IMG/VR virus record: IMGVR_UViG_3300014202_000270
Source of the DNA: a virus
Length of the DNA: 64,000 bases
Reading direction: 5' to 3' (one strand)
Under the pieces are notes generated by a model, which made no database searches, had not been told where the DNA came from, and was given only the letters and a program-made list of their open reading frames with translations. The translations under genes were made by a program, and so were the position numbers. How positions within the stretch are numbered: position 1 is the first letter of the stretch; each line of letters begins with the position of its first letter. Below are positions 55,886 to 64,000 of this stretch, one piece after another.

Positions 55886-56380
55886 ATGGAACTGATTAAT
55901 TTTTCATATTTAGTAGCAAACGAAATCGTTTCTACCACTATACCTGATAATGCATTACTATTGTTTGGTAATCCTGATTCTACTCGTGATGATGGTTATA
56001 AAACATGGAGTATTGAGTTTACTAGCTTTAAAAATGAGCTTGTTTCTGATTTGTATGATTCTTTCCTAGGAACTAATTCTACTGTTACTCAGCAAACAAA
56101 CTTATCAACAGCTGTAACTATTAATGCCGCATCTGGTAAAATCACAACCGTATCCTCAACTTTAGGATCAAATGGTGAACAACAATTTACAGTAAATAAC
56201 AACACCGTACTTACTACAAGTACTATTTTAGTTACTGTAGAATATCCTTCTGCTTCTGCTGGTTATCCACTAGCATCAATTAGTGCGGTTGCAAACGGTT
56301 CTTTTAGTGTTGATATTAAGAATATTTCTTCTTCAGCATTAAATGCAGCCATGAAAATTCACTTCTTAGTAATTAACTAA
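55886..56380 (+). CDS. Putative capsid decoration/structural protein
   Basis: 164 aa, Thr/Ser-rich, follows MCP. Confidence 0.5.
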   Translation: MELINFSYLVANEIVSTTIPDNALLLFGNPDSTRDDGYKTWSIEFTSFKNELVSDLYDSFLGTNSTVTQQTNLSTAVTINAASGKITTVSSTLGSNGEQQFTVNNNTVLTTSTILVTVEYPSASAGYPLASISAVANGSFSVDIKNISSSALNAAMKIHFLVIN

Positions 56381-56403
56381 TCCCTTTTTAAAACCAACAA
56401 ATC

Positions 56404-57408
56404 ATGACAATTGTCGAAACTTTAGATCCAAAGAAACTAACACCTGTTTCTGTAAGGCCATATTTTGATGGCAACATTTCTAACCTAGGTCTTGAAAAAT
56501 ACGGGCTTACGCTATATGATGGTGTTTACCATGAAGAGCAACTAGCTTGTGTAGAGATGAATGGTGTTACTCGTTACCTTACAGGTTTAAACGAGTTTGC
56601 TCCTGAAATTAAAAAACTAGACCCTGAAGTTCGTGAAGCTCGCATCCGTGAGATTCGTGTAGCTGTTGCTGAGTTAGAACGCGAGCTTGCAGCTAACATC
56701 ATTGAGCCAGAAGACAAAGATTTTTGGAATAAGGTTGAGTTGCTTCAACCTAACAACAAAACCTTCTGGAACAAGATTACGTTACGTTGTGGTAATGATC
56801 CTGTATACTTAGATCCTAGTGATCCATTTGATAGGATTAAGCTTTATGCTATTAACTCTGGAGGTTTTTCCATTGTTGCTAAAAGTTTAGATGACGCACG
56901 CGCACGCGCGGTACCACCTAAATTTTATCTTGATAGGGTAGAAGAAACCATGGTTACTAAGACCGAGGGTAAAAAACTACGCAACCGCGCACTATCTGAA
57001 CTGCAAAAACTTTATGATAAGAATAGCAGTAAGTTGTTCTATGTTGCTAAAGTTGTAGATGCAGCTAGCCAGATCTATAAAAAGAATACTCCTAATGACG
57101 TTATCTATGACGCCATGGATAGATTCATTAATGGTGAAGGTGTTGAGTCTAATAAAACCCGCGCGGCTAATCAGTTCTTGGATGCTACAAAGTTAGACAT
57201 GGAAACTTTGAAAATCCGGTCAATTGTTAAAGACTCTACTTTCTACAAGTTTATTTTGACTAAGGGAGATGGTTATATCTATCACACCGAGACAAATGTA
57301 TTGTTAGGAAGAAATGTTGCTGACATTGTAGAATATTTAAAGAATCCATTGCATGAGGATATTTTGCTTGACCTTACTAAAAAGGTTGAGCGTAACTGGA
57401 CACTTTAA
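56404..57408 (+). CDS. Conserved crAss-like head-module protein of unknown function
   Basis: 334 aa; LDPSDPFDRIKL; syntenic position after MCP. Confidence 0.55.
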   Translation: MTIVETLDPKKLTPVSVRPYFDGNISNLGLEKYGLTLYDGVYHEEQLACVEMNGVTRYLTGLNEFAPEIKKLDPEVREARIREIRVAVAELERELAANIIEPEDKDFWNKVELLQPNNKTFWNKITLRCGNDPVYLDPSDPFDRIKLYAINSGGFSIVAKSLDDARARAVPPKFYLDRVEETMVTKTEGKKLRNRALSELQKLYDKNSSKLFYVAKVVDAASQIYKKNTPNDVIYDAMDRFINGEGVESNKTRAANQFLDATKLDMETLKIRSIVKDSTFYKFILTKGDGYIYHTETNVLLGRNVADIVEYLKNPLHEDILLDLTKKVERNWTL

Positions 57409-57426
57409 CCCTTAATCCTTTATACA

Positions 57427-57636
57427 ATGAACGCTGTAAAACCCAAAATGAATACCATGAAAAAAGGTGGAGCTGCTAAAGCAAAACCTATGATGAAAAA
57501 AGGCGGATCTATGCCTATGGTAAAAAAAGATGGCAAAATGGTACCTGCATTTGCTGCTGATGGCAAAGGTAAAATGATGTACGGTGGTGCCAAGAAATCT
57601 ATGATGAAAAAAGGCGGCGCTGCTCGCAAAAAGTAA
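57427..57636 (+). CDS. Small Lys/Met-rich protein with MKKGG repeats
   Basis: 69 aa. Confidence 0.75.
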   Translation: MNAVKPKMNTMKKGGAAKAKPMMKKGGSMPMVKKDGKMVPAFAADGKGKMMYGGAKKSMMKKGGAARKK

Positions 57637-57836
57637 TGGCTGCTTCTAAGTCAAAAACTAAGTCTAAAGTAAATCAGGCTGGTGTTTACACCAAGCCTGG
57701 TTTACGTAAGACAATCTTCAATAGAGTCAAAGCTGGTTCTAAGGGAGGTGATCCTGGAGAATGGAGTGCGCGCAAAGCACAATTAATGGCCAAAGAGTAT
57801 AAAGCTGCTGGTGGTGGCTATAAGACTAAAAAGTAA
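57636..57836 (+). CDS. Small basic protein
   Basis: YTKPGLRK...GGDPGEWSARKAQL...GGGYK. Confidence 0.75.
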   Translation: MAASKSKTKSKVNQAGVYTKPGLRKTIFNRVKAGSKGGDPGEWSARKAQLMAKEYKAAGGGYKTKK

Positions 57837-58102
57837 TGGCTAAGGATCCACAACAAAGTTTACGTGACTGGACTAAGCAAGAGTGGATGACTTCTGGCAC
57901 CGCCGCTAATAAAAAGCGAGGGTCTTCTAAAGAAGTAAAATCTAAAGGTAAAAAGCGCTACTTACCCAAGGCCGCGTGGGATTCCTTATCAACAGGAGAG
58001 AAAGCCGCAACAAACAAAGCTAAAGCCGAGGGCAATAAGAGAGGTAAACAATTTGTACCTCAACCTAAAAGCGCTCGCGAAAAAGCTAAAAGATATCGTT
58101 AA
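57836..58102 (+). CDS. Small basic protein (DUF5872-like)
   Basis: SLRDWTKQEW...RYLPKAAWDSL. Confidence 0.7.
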   Translation: MAKDPQQSLRDWTKQEWMTSGTAANKKRGSSKEVKSKGKKRYLPKAAWDSLSTGEKAATNKAKAEGNKRGKQFVPQPKSAREKAKRYR

Positions 58103-58120
58103 TTTTTGTATATTAATCTT

Positions 58121-58267
58121 ATGAAAAAGACTAAACCCTTAAAGAAAAAAGCTTACGGTGGTGTACAAAGTGGCGCCGGCGTAGAAGAACTACAGCGCTT
58201 TAAAGCTGCTGGTAAAAAGAAACCTGCCTACAAACGTGGCGGAAATGTTAAACCAAAAACCAAATAA
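58121..58267 (+). CDS. Small basic protein (48 aa)
   Basis: Hand translation MKKTKPLKKKAYGG...YKRGGNVKPKTK. Confidence 0.65.
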   Translation: MKKTKPLKKKAYGGVQSGAGVEELQRFKAAGKKKPAYKRGGNVKPKTK

Positions 58268-58269
58268 TT

Positions 58270-58494
58270 ATGGCTAAGTCTAAAGCACTTTCTATTTCTG
58301 CAGATGAAAAAAAGTGGCGCACTGAGTCTGACTTATCAACTCTACAACGCGCTAAAGAAATCATGGCTGATAAATCTCGTATGTCAGCTGTACAGAGTCT
58401 TGCTAAACAGCAACTTTCTGCATTATCTACAATTGTTCAAAAGAACGCATCTAAACCTGCACAGAGTACACCTGTGCGCAAACTTAAAAAGTAA
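58270..58494 (+). CDS. Small basic protein
   Basis: 74 aa. Confidence 0.65.
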   Translation: MAKSKALSISADEKKWRTESDLSTLQRAKEIMADKSRMSAVQSLAKQQLSALSTIVQKNASKPAQSTPVRKLKK

Positions 58495-58664
58495 TGGCAA
58501 AGACAGAAATTAATTATTGGGAACTAGCAGATGAATATGCCTCCTCAAAACATAAAATGGAAACAGGCGATCATATTTCTAAGTATGAAAGATATGAAGA
58601 AGTAAAAGAAGCTTATGAAGCCGGGTTTTTGAAAGCTATGGAATTATTAAAAAGTGAAAACTGA
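58494..58664 (+). CDS. Small acidic protein (56 aa)
   Basis: Hand translation MAKTEINYWELADEYASSK...EAGFLKAMELLKSEN. Confidence 0.6.
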   Translation: MAKTEINYWELADEYASSKHKMETGDHISKYERYEEVKEAYEAGFLKAMELLKSEN

Positions 58665-59158
58665 TGGCAAAGACAGCTGCGTGGTTAAAATGTATTGATT
58701 GTGGTAAAGAAGGATATTCTAACAGTAAGCTGTTTAAAAAATCTGGTCATGGAAGATGTATTCGATGCAATAAAATAAAGTGGGAAAAAGATAATCCTGT
58801 AAAACTTAGAGCTCAAAGACTTCAAGGGAATACTACAAAGAGAGCTAAGCAAATGGGATGGCCAACACCAGACTTTAATACTGAATGGATCTATGAAAAA
58901 ATCAAGAAGGGACATTGTGAAGTAACTGGCATTCTATTTGATTTAGAAACAGAAGTTCGTTCATCAATACATGCTAAAAATCCTTGGGTACCATCAATTG
59001 ATAGAATAGATAGTTCCAAGCCGTATCTAAAAGATAATGTTCAAATTGTGGTGTACATGTATAACGTATGTAAATCAGAGTTTAATCATGAAGATGTTGT
59101 AACGTTTTGTAAATCATTAATTGATAACGAAAATGTCAAAAACATACAAGAGTCCTAG
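58664..59158 (+). CDS. Free-standing HNH-like endonuclease
   Basis: CIDC..CIRC zinc finger; PSIDRIDSSKPYLKDNVQIV..YN..K. Confidence 0.75.
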   Translation: MAKTAAWLKCIDCGKEGYSNSKLFKKSGHGRCIRCNKIKWEKDNPVKLRAQRLQGNTTKRAKQMGWPTPDFNTEWIYEKIKKGHCEVTGILFDLETEVRSSIHAKNPWVPSIDRIDSSKPYLKDNVQIVVYMYNVCKSEFNHEDVVTFCKSLIDNENVKNIQES

Positions 59159-59414
59159 TTGGCAACGTAAAGAAGGTAAGGATCCCAAAGGGGGTCTTAA
59201 TGCTAAAGGTGTAGCTTCTTATCGCCGGGAAAATCCTGGTAGTAAGTTACAAACGGCAGTTACAAAAAAACCTTCTGAGCTTAAACCAGGTAGTAAAGAT
59301 GCTAAAAGAAGAAAAAGTTTTTGTGCTAGAATGTCAGGTATGCCTGGGCCCATGAAAGATGAAAAAGGTAGACCTACTAGAAAAGCGCTTTCTTTAAGAA
59401 AATGGAACTGTTAA
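59133..59414 (+). CDS. Small basic protein (DUF6321-like)
   Basis: WQRKEGKDPKGGLNAKG...RRKSFCARMSG...SLRKWNC. Confidence 0.7.
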   Translation: MSKTYKSPSWQRKEGKDPKGGLNAKGVASYRRENPGSKLQTAVTKKPSELKPGSKDAKRRKSFCARMSGMPGPMKDEKGRPTRKALSLRKWNC

Positions 59415-59424
59415 TTTCTTAGTT

Positions 59425-59670
59425 ATGAAATGCATGAAATGCGGTGGTGCAATGACACCAACTAAACTTACTAAAATGGAAGCTGGTGGCAGCTGGATTA
59501 AGGGTGCCATTAAAAAACCTGGATCATTGCGTGCTACCGCTAAAGCAGCAGGAGCTATTACTCCTGAAGGTACTATTAAAAAATCATGGTTAAACGAGAA
59601 AGCTAAAGGTGCCGGTAAGACTGCTCAACGAGCTAGACTTGCTAAGACTCTTGGTAAGATGAAAAAATAA
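59425..59670 (+). CDS. Small basic protein
   Basis: WIKGAIKKPGSLRA...RARLAKTLGKM. Confidence 0.7.
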   Translation: MKCMKCGGAMTPTKLTKMEAGGSWIKGAIKKPGSLRATAKAAGAITPEGTIKKSWLNEKAKGAGKTAQRARLAKTLGKMKK

Positions 59671-59673
59671 TCA

Positions 59674-60372
59674 ATGCTAAATTCAACTATACAGCTTAAG
59701 ATCAAGCAACGCCTTAACAAACTAGATAGTCAGGATTATGATAATCTTGAGTGTTGGCATATTGTTGAGGCTTTTAATAAAGCGCAAGTCGAATGGTGCC
59801 GCCGTCAACTTCATGGTTTTAACCAATTTAAAGAAGGTGATGAGCAAAGCAATCGGCGCATTGATGACCTTCAAATTCTTTTAACCTCAGCAAACATTAT
59901 TCTTACTGACAAAGAAAACTACAGTTTTGGTCTAATACCTGCTGATTATTTTCAATGGAAGAGAATAACTGTACATGCTAAAAATGAATGCTGTCCTGCT
60001 AAGAGAATGGTAGTTTATCTTGTTGAAGAAGGTAACCTAGACATTATTCTTAAGGATACAAACAAACGTCCAAGTTTTGAGTGGGGTGAGACAGTAGCTA
60101 CACTACGTGACGGCAAACTTTTTGTTTATACTAACGAAGAGTTTGAAGTTACAAAAGGAGACTTTATCTATTACCGCCAACCTCGGCGTATTCAGATTAC
60201 CGGTTGTGTAGATCCTTATACAGGTTTTACATCAACAACAGATGTTACTAGTGAATTTAAAGATGATGTTGTAGAAGTCATGATTGACGAAGCAGCATCA
60301 ATTCTTGCTGGTGATATGGAGATCTTTACTCAATACCAGAGAGAACAACAACGCGTAGAACAAAACAATTAA
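59674..60372 (+). CDS. Putative head-tail connector (ring) protein
   Basis: 232 aa; syntenic position in the crAss-like head module. Confidence 0.5.
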   Translation: MLNSTIQLKIKQRLNKLDSQDYDNLECWHIVEAFNKAQVEWCRRQLHGFNQFKEGDEQSNRRIDDLQILLTSANIILTDKENYSFGLIPADYFQWKRITVHAKNECCPAKRMVVYLVEEGNLDIILKDTNKRPSFEWGETVATLRDGKLFVYTNEEFEVTKGDFIYYRQPRRIQITGCVDPYTGFTSTTDVTSEFKDDVVEVMIDEAASILAGDMEIFTQYQREQQRVEQNN

Positions 60373-60376
60373 TATC

Positions 60377-61003
60377 ATGTCTGAAAAACGAATTTTAAAA
60401 AGACCCGAGGTTATCAAAGTTCCAGAATCAATTGGTATTCCAAACATTGATAAACCCAGTATCGGTACAACAAAAGATGTACCTGACTTTAACACAATGA
60501 ACCCTTTAATTACTGAATCTGTAGTTGAGTATTTAAACTATAGAATTCAGCAAGAAGAGTATTCTTCTCGTATATACATGTCTATGACAATGTGGTTAGA
60601 CGAAAAAGGATTTAAAGGAGCCTCAGCTTTGTGGCGTAAATATTCAGATGAAGAATTAACTCATGCAGACATTGCACGTAAGTATCTTCTATCATTTGGT
60701 GTACAACCTGTTACTCCTAGATTAGATTCTCCACAACAAGATTTTCCAGGCAGCTTGCCAGAAATTGTAAAGCTCTCTTATAAACATGAGATTGAGGTTT
60801 CAACACAAATCAAAAAAATGGCTGATCATGCTCTTGGCACCAAAGATCATATTTTATATGAGCTATGCCTTTCTTATTTGAAAGAACAAGTCGAAGAGCA
60901 TGATAAAATGCAAACCTGGATGGATAAGCTAAAAACTTTTGGTACTGATCCATTAGCATTACGCTTATTAGATAATGATATGGGAGAAGTTGCAGGTGGA
61001 TAA
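60377..61003 (+). CDS. Ferritin (non-heme, FtnA-like)
   Basis: Ferroxidase ligands QQEEYSS, EELTHA, HEIEVS, EQVEEH. Confidence 0.85.
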   Translation: MSEKRILKRPEVIKVPESIGIPNIDKPSIGTTKDVPDFNTMNPLITESVVEYLNYRIQQEEYSSRIYMSMTMWLDEKGFKGASALWRKYSDEELTHADIARKYLLSFGVQPVTPRLDSPQQDFPGSLPEIVKLSYKHEIEVSTQIKKMADHALGTKDHILYELCLSYLKEQVEEHDKMQTWMDKLKTFGTDPLALRLLDNDMGEVAGG

Positions 61004-61076
61004 TTTTTTAGAATTTTGCATTTGAAAAACTTTTTCTTATATTATAGTATGTTTATAACCCTTTTAATCTAAAACA

Positions 61077-62711
61077 ATGGCTTATTTTAATCATTCTTTC
61101 CAGAAAGTGTTCGTAGGAACTGCTGGAAACCAAGTTGAGTCGCCAACGGCGGCAGGCTTGGATCAAGGTTATGTTACCAGTGTAGGTATGCCTATGGTAA
61201 ACCTTAATGGTACATTTGTTACTGGTCGCAGTATTGCTCCCACTAATCCAAAAGCAACTCCTGCTTATGGTCTTTTTTACAAAGATACTTATGCATCTGT
61301 AGGAACTGATACTTCATGGAGCGGTGCTAGTGCATGTTGCCCTTTGATCCTTGCTGGTTCATCTTTTTATGAAAATGACAAGATTGGTAAATTTCATGGT
61401 GGATACCAAGAGACCAACAAGTCTAAAGAGATCAATCCTAAATATGTTCAAAATTTCTACGTTGTTGAGCCATGTACTCCTCAACAAGCAATTGTGAACA
61501 TTGGTAAAACTCCGTTTAACACAGCAGTTAGTGGAGTATCTATTACTGCTCCTGGTACTACTTATGTAGGAGGTGTTGGTGAGACTACCACAACTGTTAC
61601 TGGTAACGGTAATGGTCTTACTGTTGATACAACTGATACTGGCGGTGCTATTACAGCTGTATCTATCAACAACCCAGGTTTTGGTTACAAAGTTGGGGAT
61701 GTTGTTGCAATTGATGGTGGTGATGGACTTGCTCAACTAACTATTACTTCTGTAAATGGAAGCAGTGTAGATGGTGAGTGTTGCTTTGAATTCCTTTGTG
61801 ATGAGACCTACTACTTGCGTCTTGACATCAAAGGTTCTCCTGCACTACGTTTCTTGAACCACCAAGTGTATAACACTTTGGATCACTATACCGGTTGCTG
61901 CGCTCCTGGTGTATTGGCACCTGCTCCTGTAGATTCTACCTTGGTTATGATTGGCTGGGCCTCTCAAATCATGGACACTACTCGTAACGTACCATACCTT
62001 GCAGATTTCATCTACCCTGTAGTAATTTCTGAAACTATTGCTGGTAACACATACTGGTTGTATCCTCCTGGAACTAACCTAAGCACTTTAGCTCCTGCTC
62101 CTGCTGGTGTAACTTATGCAACTTGGGATAATTATGTATCTCCTGGTCATACTGCTAATGAGTGTGCTGGTTTGGTATTATTTGGTGCATATGTAGATAC
62201 CACTTTTGGTAACTGCTCTTTCCAAGTATCTGACTTCTATGAAGTTGAGCCAATTCAGATCTATGCTTCTATGGTAGATTACACTGGAGATCCTTGTAAG
62301 TTTGAAGGCATCTGTGTAAACCGCACTGAGTGTCTTGGTTTACAAGGTAACGGATTTGGTGAGACTGTTTTGCGTGACTTGATTCTTTCTGAGAGCTATC
62401 GCCAAAACTTCTTTGCAACCGATATTCGTATCCGGGAAATCACTCAAGGTGATAACGTGTTCAATGTAATTAACCGTAGCACTCGTTACTATCGTTACTA
62501 CTTGTTGCACAGCGTACCTCGTTTCAACAATCCTACTGGAGTGTTTGATAATGACCGGTATATGTTGGAGATTATTACAAATGGTCGCTCTACTAGTTTT
62601 GAACAAACTGTAAACGCATGGCTTACTGCTTGCGCTCAGTGTCCAGAATTGGAAACGGTTGCTTGTACTCCTTGCAGCACTTCAGTAATTGATATTCCAA
62701 GCAATAGTTAA
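61077..62711 (+). CDS. Virion structural protein (crAss-like auxiliary capsid/tail protein)
   Basis: 544 aa, Thr/Gly/Cys-rich; conserved position. Confidence 0.55.
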   Translation: MAYFNHSFQKVFVGTAGNQVESPTAAGLDQGYVTSVGMPMVNLNGTFVTGRSIAPTNPKATPAYGLFYKDTYASVGTDTSWSGASACCPLILAGSSFYENDKIGKFHGGYQETNKSKEINPKYVQNFYVVEPCTPQQAIVNIGKTPFNTAVSGVSITAPGTTYVGGVGETTTTVTGNGNGLTVDTTDTGGAITAVSINNPGFGYKVGDVVAIDGGDGLAQLTITSVNGSSVDGECCFEFLCDETYYLRLDIKGSPALRFLNHQVYNTLDHYTGCCAPGVLAPAPVDSTLVMIGWASQIMDTTRNVPYLADFIYPVVISETIAGNTYWLYPPGTNLSTLAPAPAGVTYATWDNYVSPGHTANECAGLVLFGAYVDTTFGNCSFQVSDFYEVEPIQIYASMVDYTGDPCKFEGICVNRTECLGLQGNGFGETVLRDLILSESYRQNFFATDIRIREITQGDNVFNVINRSTRYYRYYLLHSVPRFNNPTGVFDNDRYMLEIITNGRSTSFEQTVNAWLTACAQCPELETVACTPCSTSVIDIPSNS

Positions 62712-62736
62712 TCATTTCTGAAATCTTAAGTTAAAG

Positions 62737-62770
62737 GGAGAGTGAGAGTTTATCTCTCCTCTCCCTTTTC
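62737..62770 (+). terminator. Probable intrinsic terminator
   Basis: gggagag/ctctccc stem plus T-tract. Confidence 0.6.
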
Positions 62771-62786
62771 TTATATATCTTAGCAT

Positions 62787-63329
62787 ATGGCAAATCACGT
62801 TTTAAGTCTTGATGTACCAACCATAATGACAGGTTGTGTTCTTAAAGTAGTAGATACTAGCGTTTATGCTACAGGTTTACCTATTACATGTCCTACACTG
62901 CATATAACATTACCAGGATATTCTTTTTCTAAAGAGTTAAGTGTAACAGAAAACTTTAATCTAAATATCACGGCCTGTGATTTAGGAACACAAACTAGTG
63001 GTTGTGGTACCACATATACAGACTTACCAGATGGAATATGGATTATTAAGTATAGTCTATCTCCCTCTGATCAGTTGTATGTAGAGTACAATCATCTGCG
63101 TATAACAGCAGCCCTCAAAAAATATGAGAAAGCTTTGTGCGCGTTAAACCTTGCAAACTGTGATCCAACCACCAAGGTTAAAGATAAACTGCGTCAGTTG
63201 CAATATATTCGTACACTATTAGATGCCGCTAAAGCTGCAGTTGAATACTGCCATGAGCCAACAAAAGGTATGGATATTTACAACTATGCTGTAAAACTTC
63301 TTGATAAAATCAATTGTGTGAACTGCTAA
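62787..63329 (+). CDS. Putative structural protein
   Basis: 180 aa; DLPDGIWIIKYS. Confidence 0.5.
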   Translation: MANHVLSLDVPTIMTGCVLKVVDTSVYATGLPITCPTLHITLPGYSFSKELSVTENFNLNITACDLGTQTSGCGTTYTDLPDGIWIIKYSLSPSDQLYVEYNHLRITAALKKYEKALCALNLANCDPTTKVKDKLRQLQYIRTLLDAAKAAVEYCHEPTKGMDIYNYAVKLLDKINCVNC

Positions 63330-63348
63330 CTATTTAAAACCAACAAAT

Positions 63349-63558
63349 ATGGCACAATGTTCAAATTGCAAAAGTAAACTAGGGTGTGGTTGTCAGCGTA
63401 AGACAGCTACTGATGGACGCTCAGTTTGTGTAAACTGCGCGGCGAAGTATGAGTACGATCTGTCTCTTATAAACAGAAACAAACTTGTACAACCAAATCC
63501 TACAAAATCTGATGCACCTGTTATTCAAAAAGTAAGTGTAAGATTAAGCGATGTTTAA
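63349..63558 (+). CDS. Small Cys-rich protein
   Basis: CSNC..CGC..CVNC. Confidence 0.55.
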   Translation: MAQCSNCKSKLGCGCQRKTATDGRSVCVNCAAKYEYDLSLINRNKLVQPNPTKSDAPVIQKVSVRLSDV

Positions 63559-64000
63559 AACATATGTTGTAGGAGACAATAGCCTTATAAAAAGGCTAGA
63601 TAATCACACTCTACCATGGGTAGATTTGACTAGCACTCTGTTCCCAAATTTACAGATGCTATCAATTCTAGATGTTATGTCTAGACCCGGTGTAGCTGAC
63701 TCAGCTATTATTGTTGGTAGGGTAGGTGGTGTGTCGACTATTAACAAAGGTATTCTTGTTACTAATAATGCAGGGCTTACATGGGGAACCCCTTCTGGTA
63801 ATTATCAAACTGTATGGAATGTAGGTTTTGCCTGGCATGAAGTATGGTGTATAGATAGTTCTAATATTGTAGTTGCTGGAAATAATGGAAGAGTTGCTAT
63901 TTCTAATGACCAGGGTAACTTCTTTAATCTTGCATTAGGACAAGTTCTTGATAGCGGATTAAATCCTGTTGATCTATACTCTATACATTTTATTACAACT
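63551..64000 (+). CDS. BNR/Asp-box (YCF48-like) beta-propeller protein, truncated by the window edge
   Basis: Hand translation MFKTYVVGDNSLIK...TNNAGLTW...SNDQGNFF; open to the end of the window. Confidence 0.6.
   Translation, partial: MFKTYVVGDNSLIKRLDNHTLPWVDLTSTLFPNLQMLSILDVMSRPGVADSAIIVGRVGGVSTINKGILVTNNAGLTWGTPSGNYQTVWNVGFAWHEVWCIDSSNIVVAGNNGRVAISNDQGNFFNLALGQVLDSGLNPVDLYSIHFITT

Noticed and set aside
58664-59158. Group I intron around the HNH gene (also considered for 21267-21917)
   Set aside because: No P/Q/R/S core motifs or room for a ribozyme in the flanks; both enzymes are free-standing
3676-64000. Stop-codon reassignment, known in some crAss-like phages
   Set aside because: Long genes (TerL, portal, MCP, DnaB) are intact and densely packed under code 11; the only interruptions are explained by introns

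Overview
Most of this window (about 3.7-64 kb) is a large part of an AT-rich, crAss-like (Crassvirales-type) tailed phage genome, probably infecting Bacteroidota. It has two divergent arms that meet at about 36.2 kb. The minus-strand arm carries replication, recombination and nucleotide genes (PD-(D/E)XK nuclease, MoxR-type AAA+/VWA pair, RuvC-like resolvase, primase, SSB, AAA_24/Sak4-like ATPase, DnaB, Ung, Tdk, SF2 helicase) followed by an early/accessory region rich in small ORFs and structured non-coding DNA. The plus-strand arm carries fibre/lectin genes, a lysis cassette, HU, nuclease, TerL, portal, scaffold, major capsid protein, small basic proteins, ferritin and further virion genes. 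The first ~3.6 kb is visibly more GC-rich and encodes a second, unrelated portal-like protein plus a glycosyltransferase-hydrolase fusion, so the window is probably a chimera or concatenation of two phages. Main observations: (1) two group I introns, each splitting an ATPase gene just after Walker B, with splice sites and P1/P10 pairings readable by eye; (2) a run of small genes punctuated by tRNA-derived elements (two identical 35-bp mini-tRNA hairpins and one degenerate 72-nt tRNA); (3) repeated ~110-nt structured elements with a conserved 19-nt flank, within a dense candidate ncRNA zone; (4) a repeated terminator+TACATTC unit in front of early genes; (5) a cluster of tiny Lys-rich proteins with a serial insertion site. 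All assignments come from motif recognition by eye. No database searches, folding or composition calculations were run.
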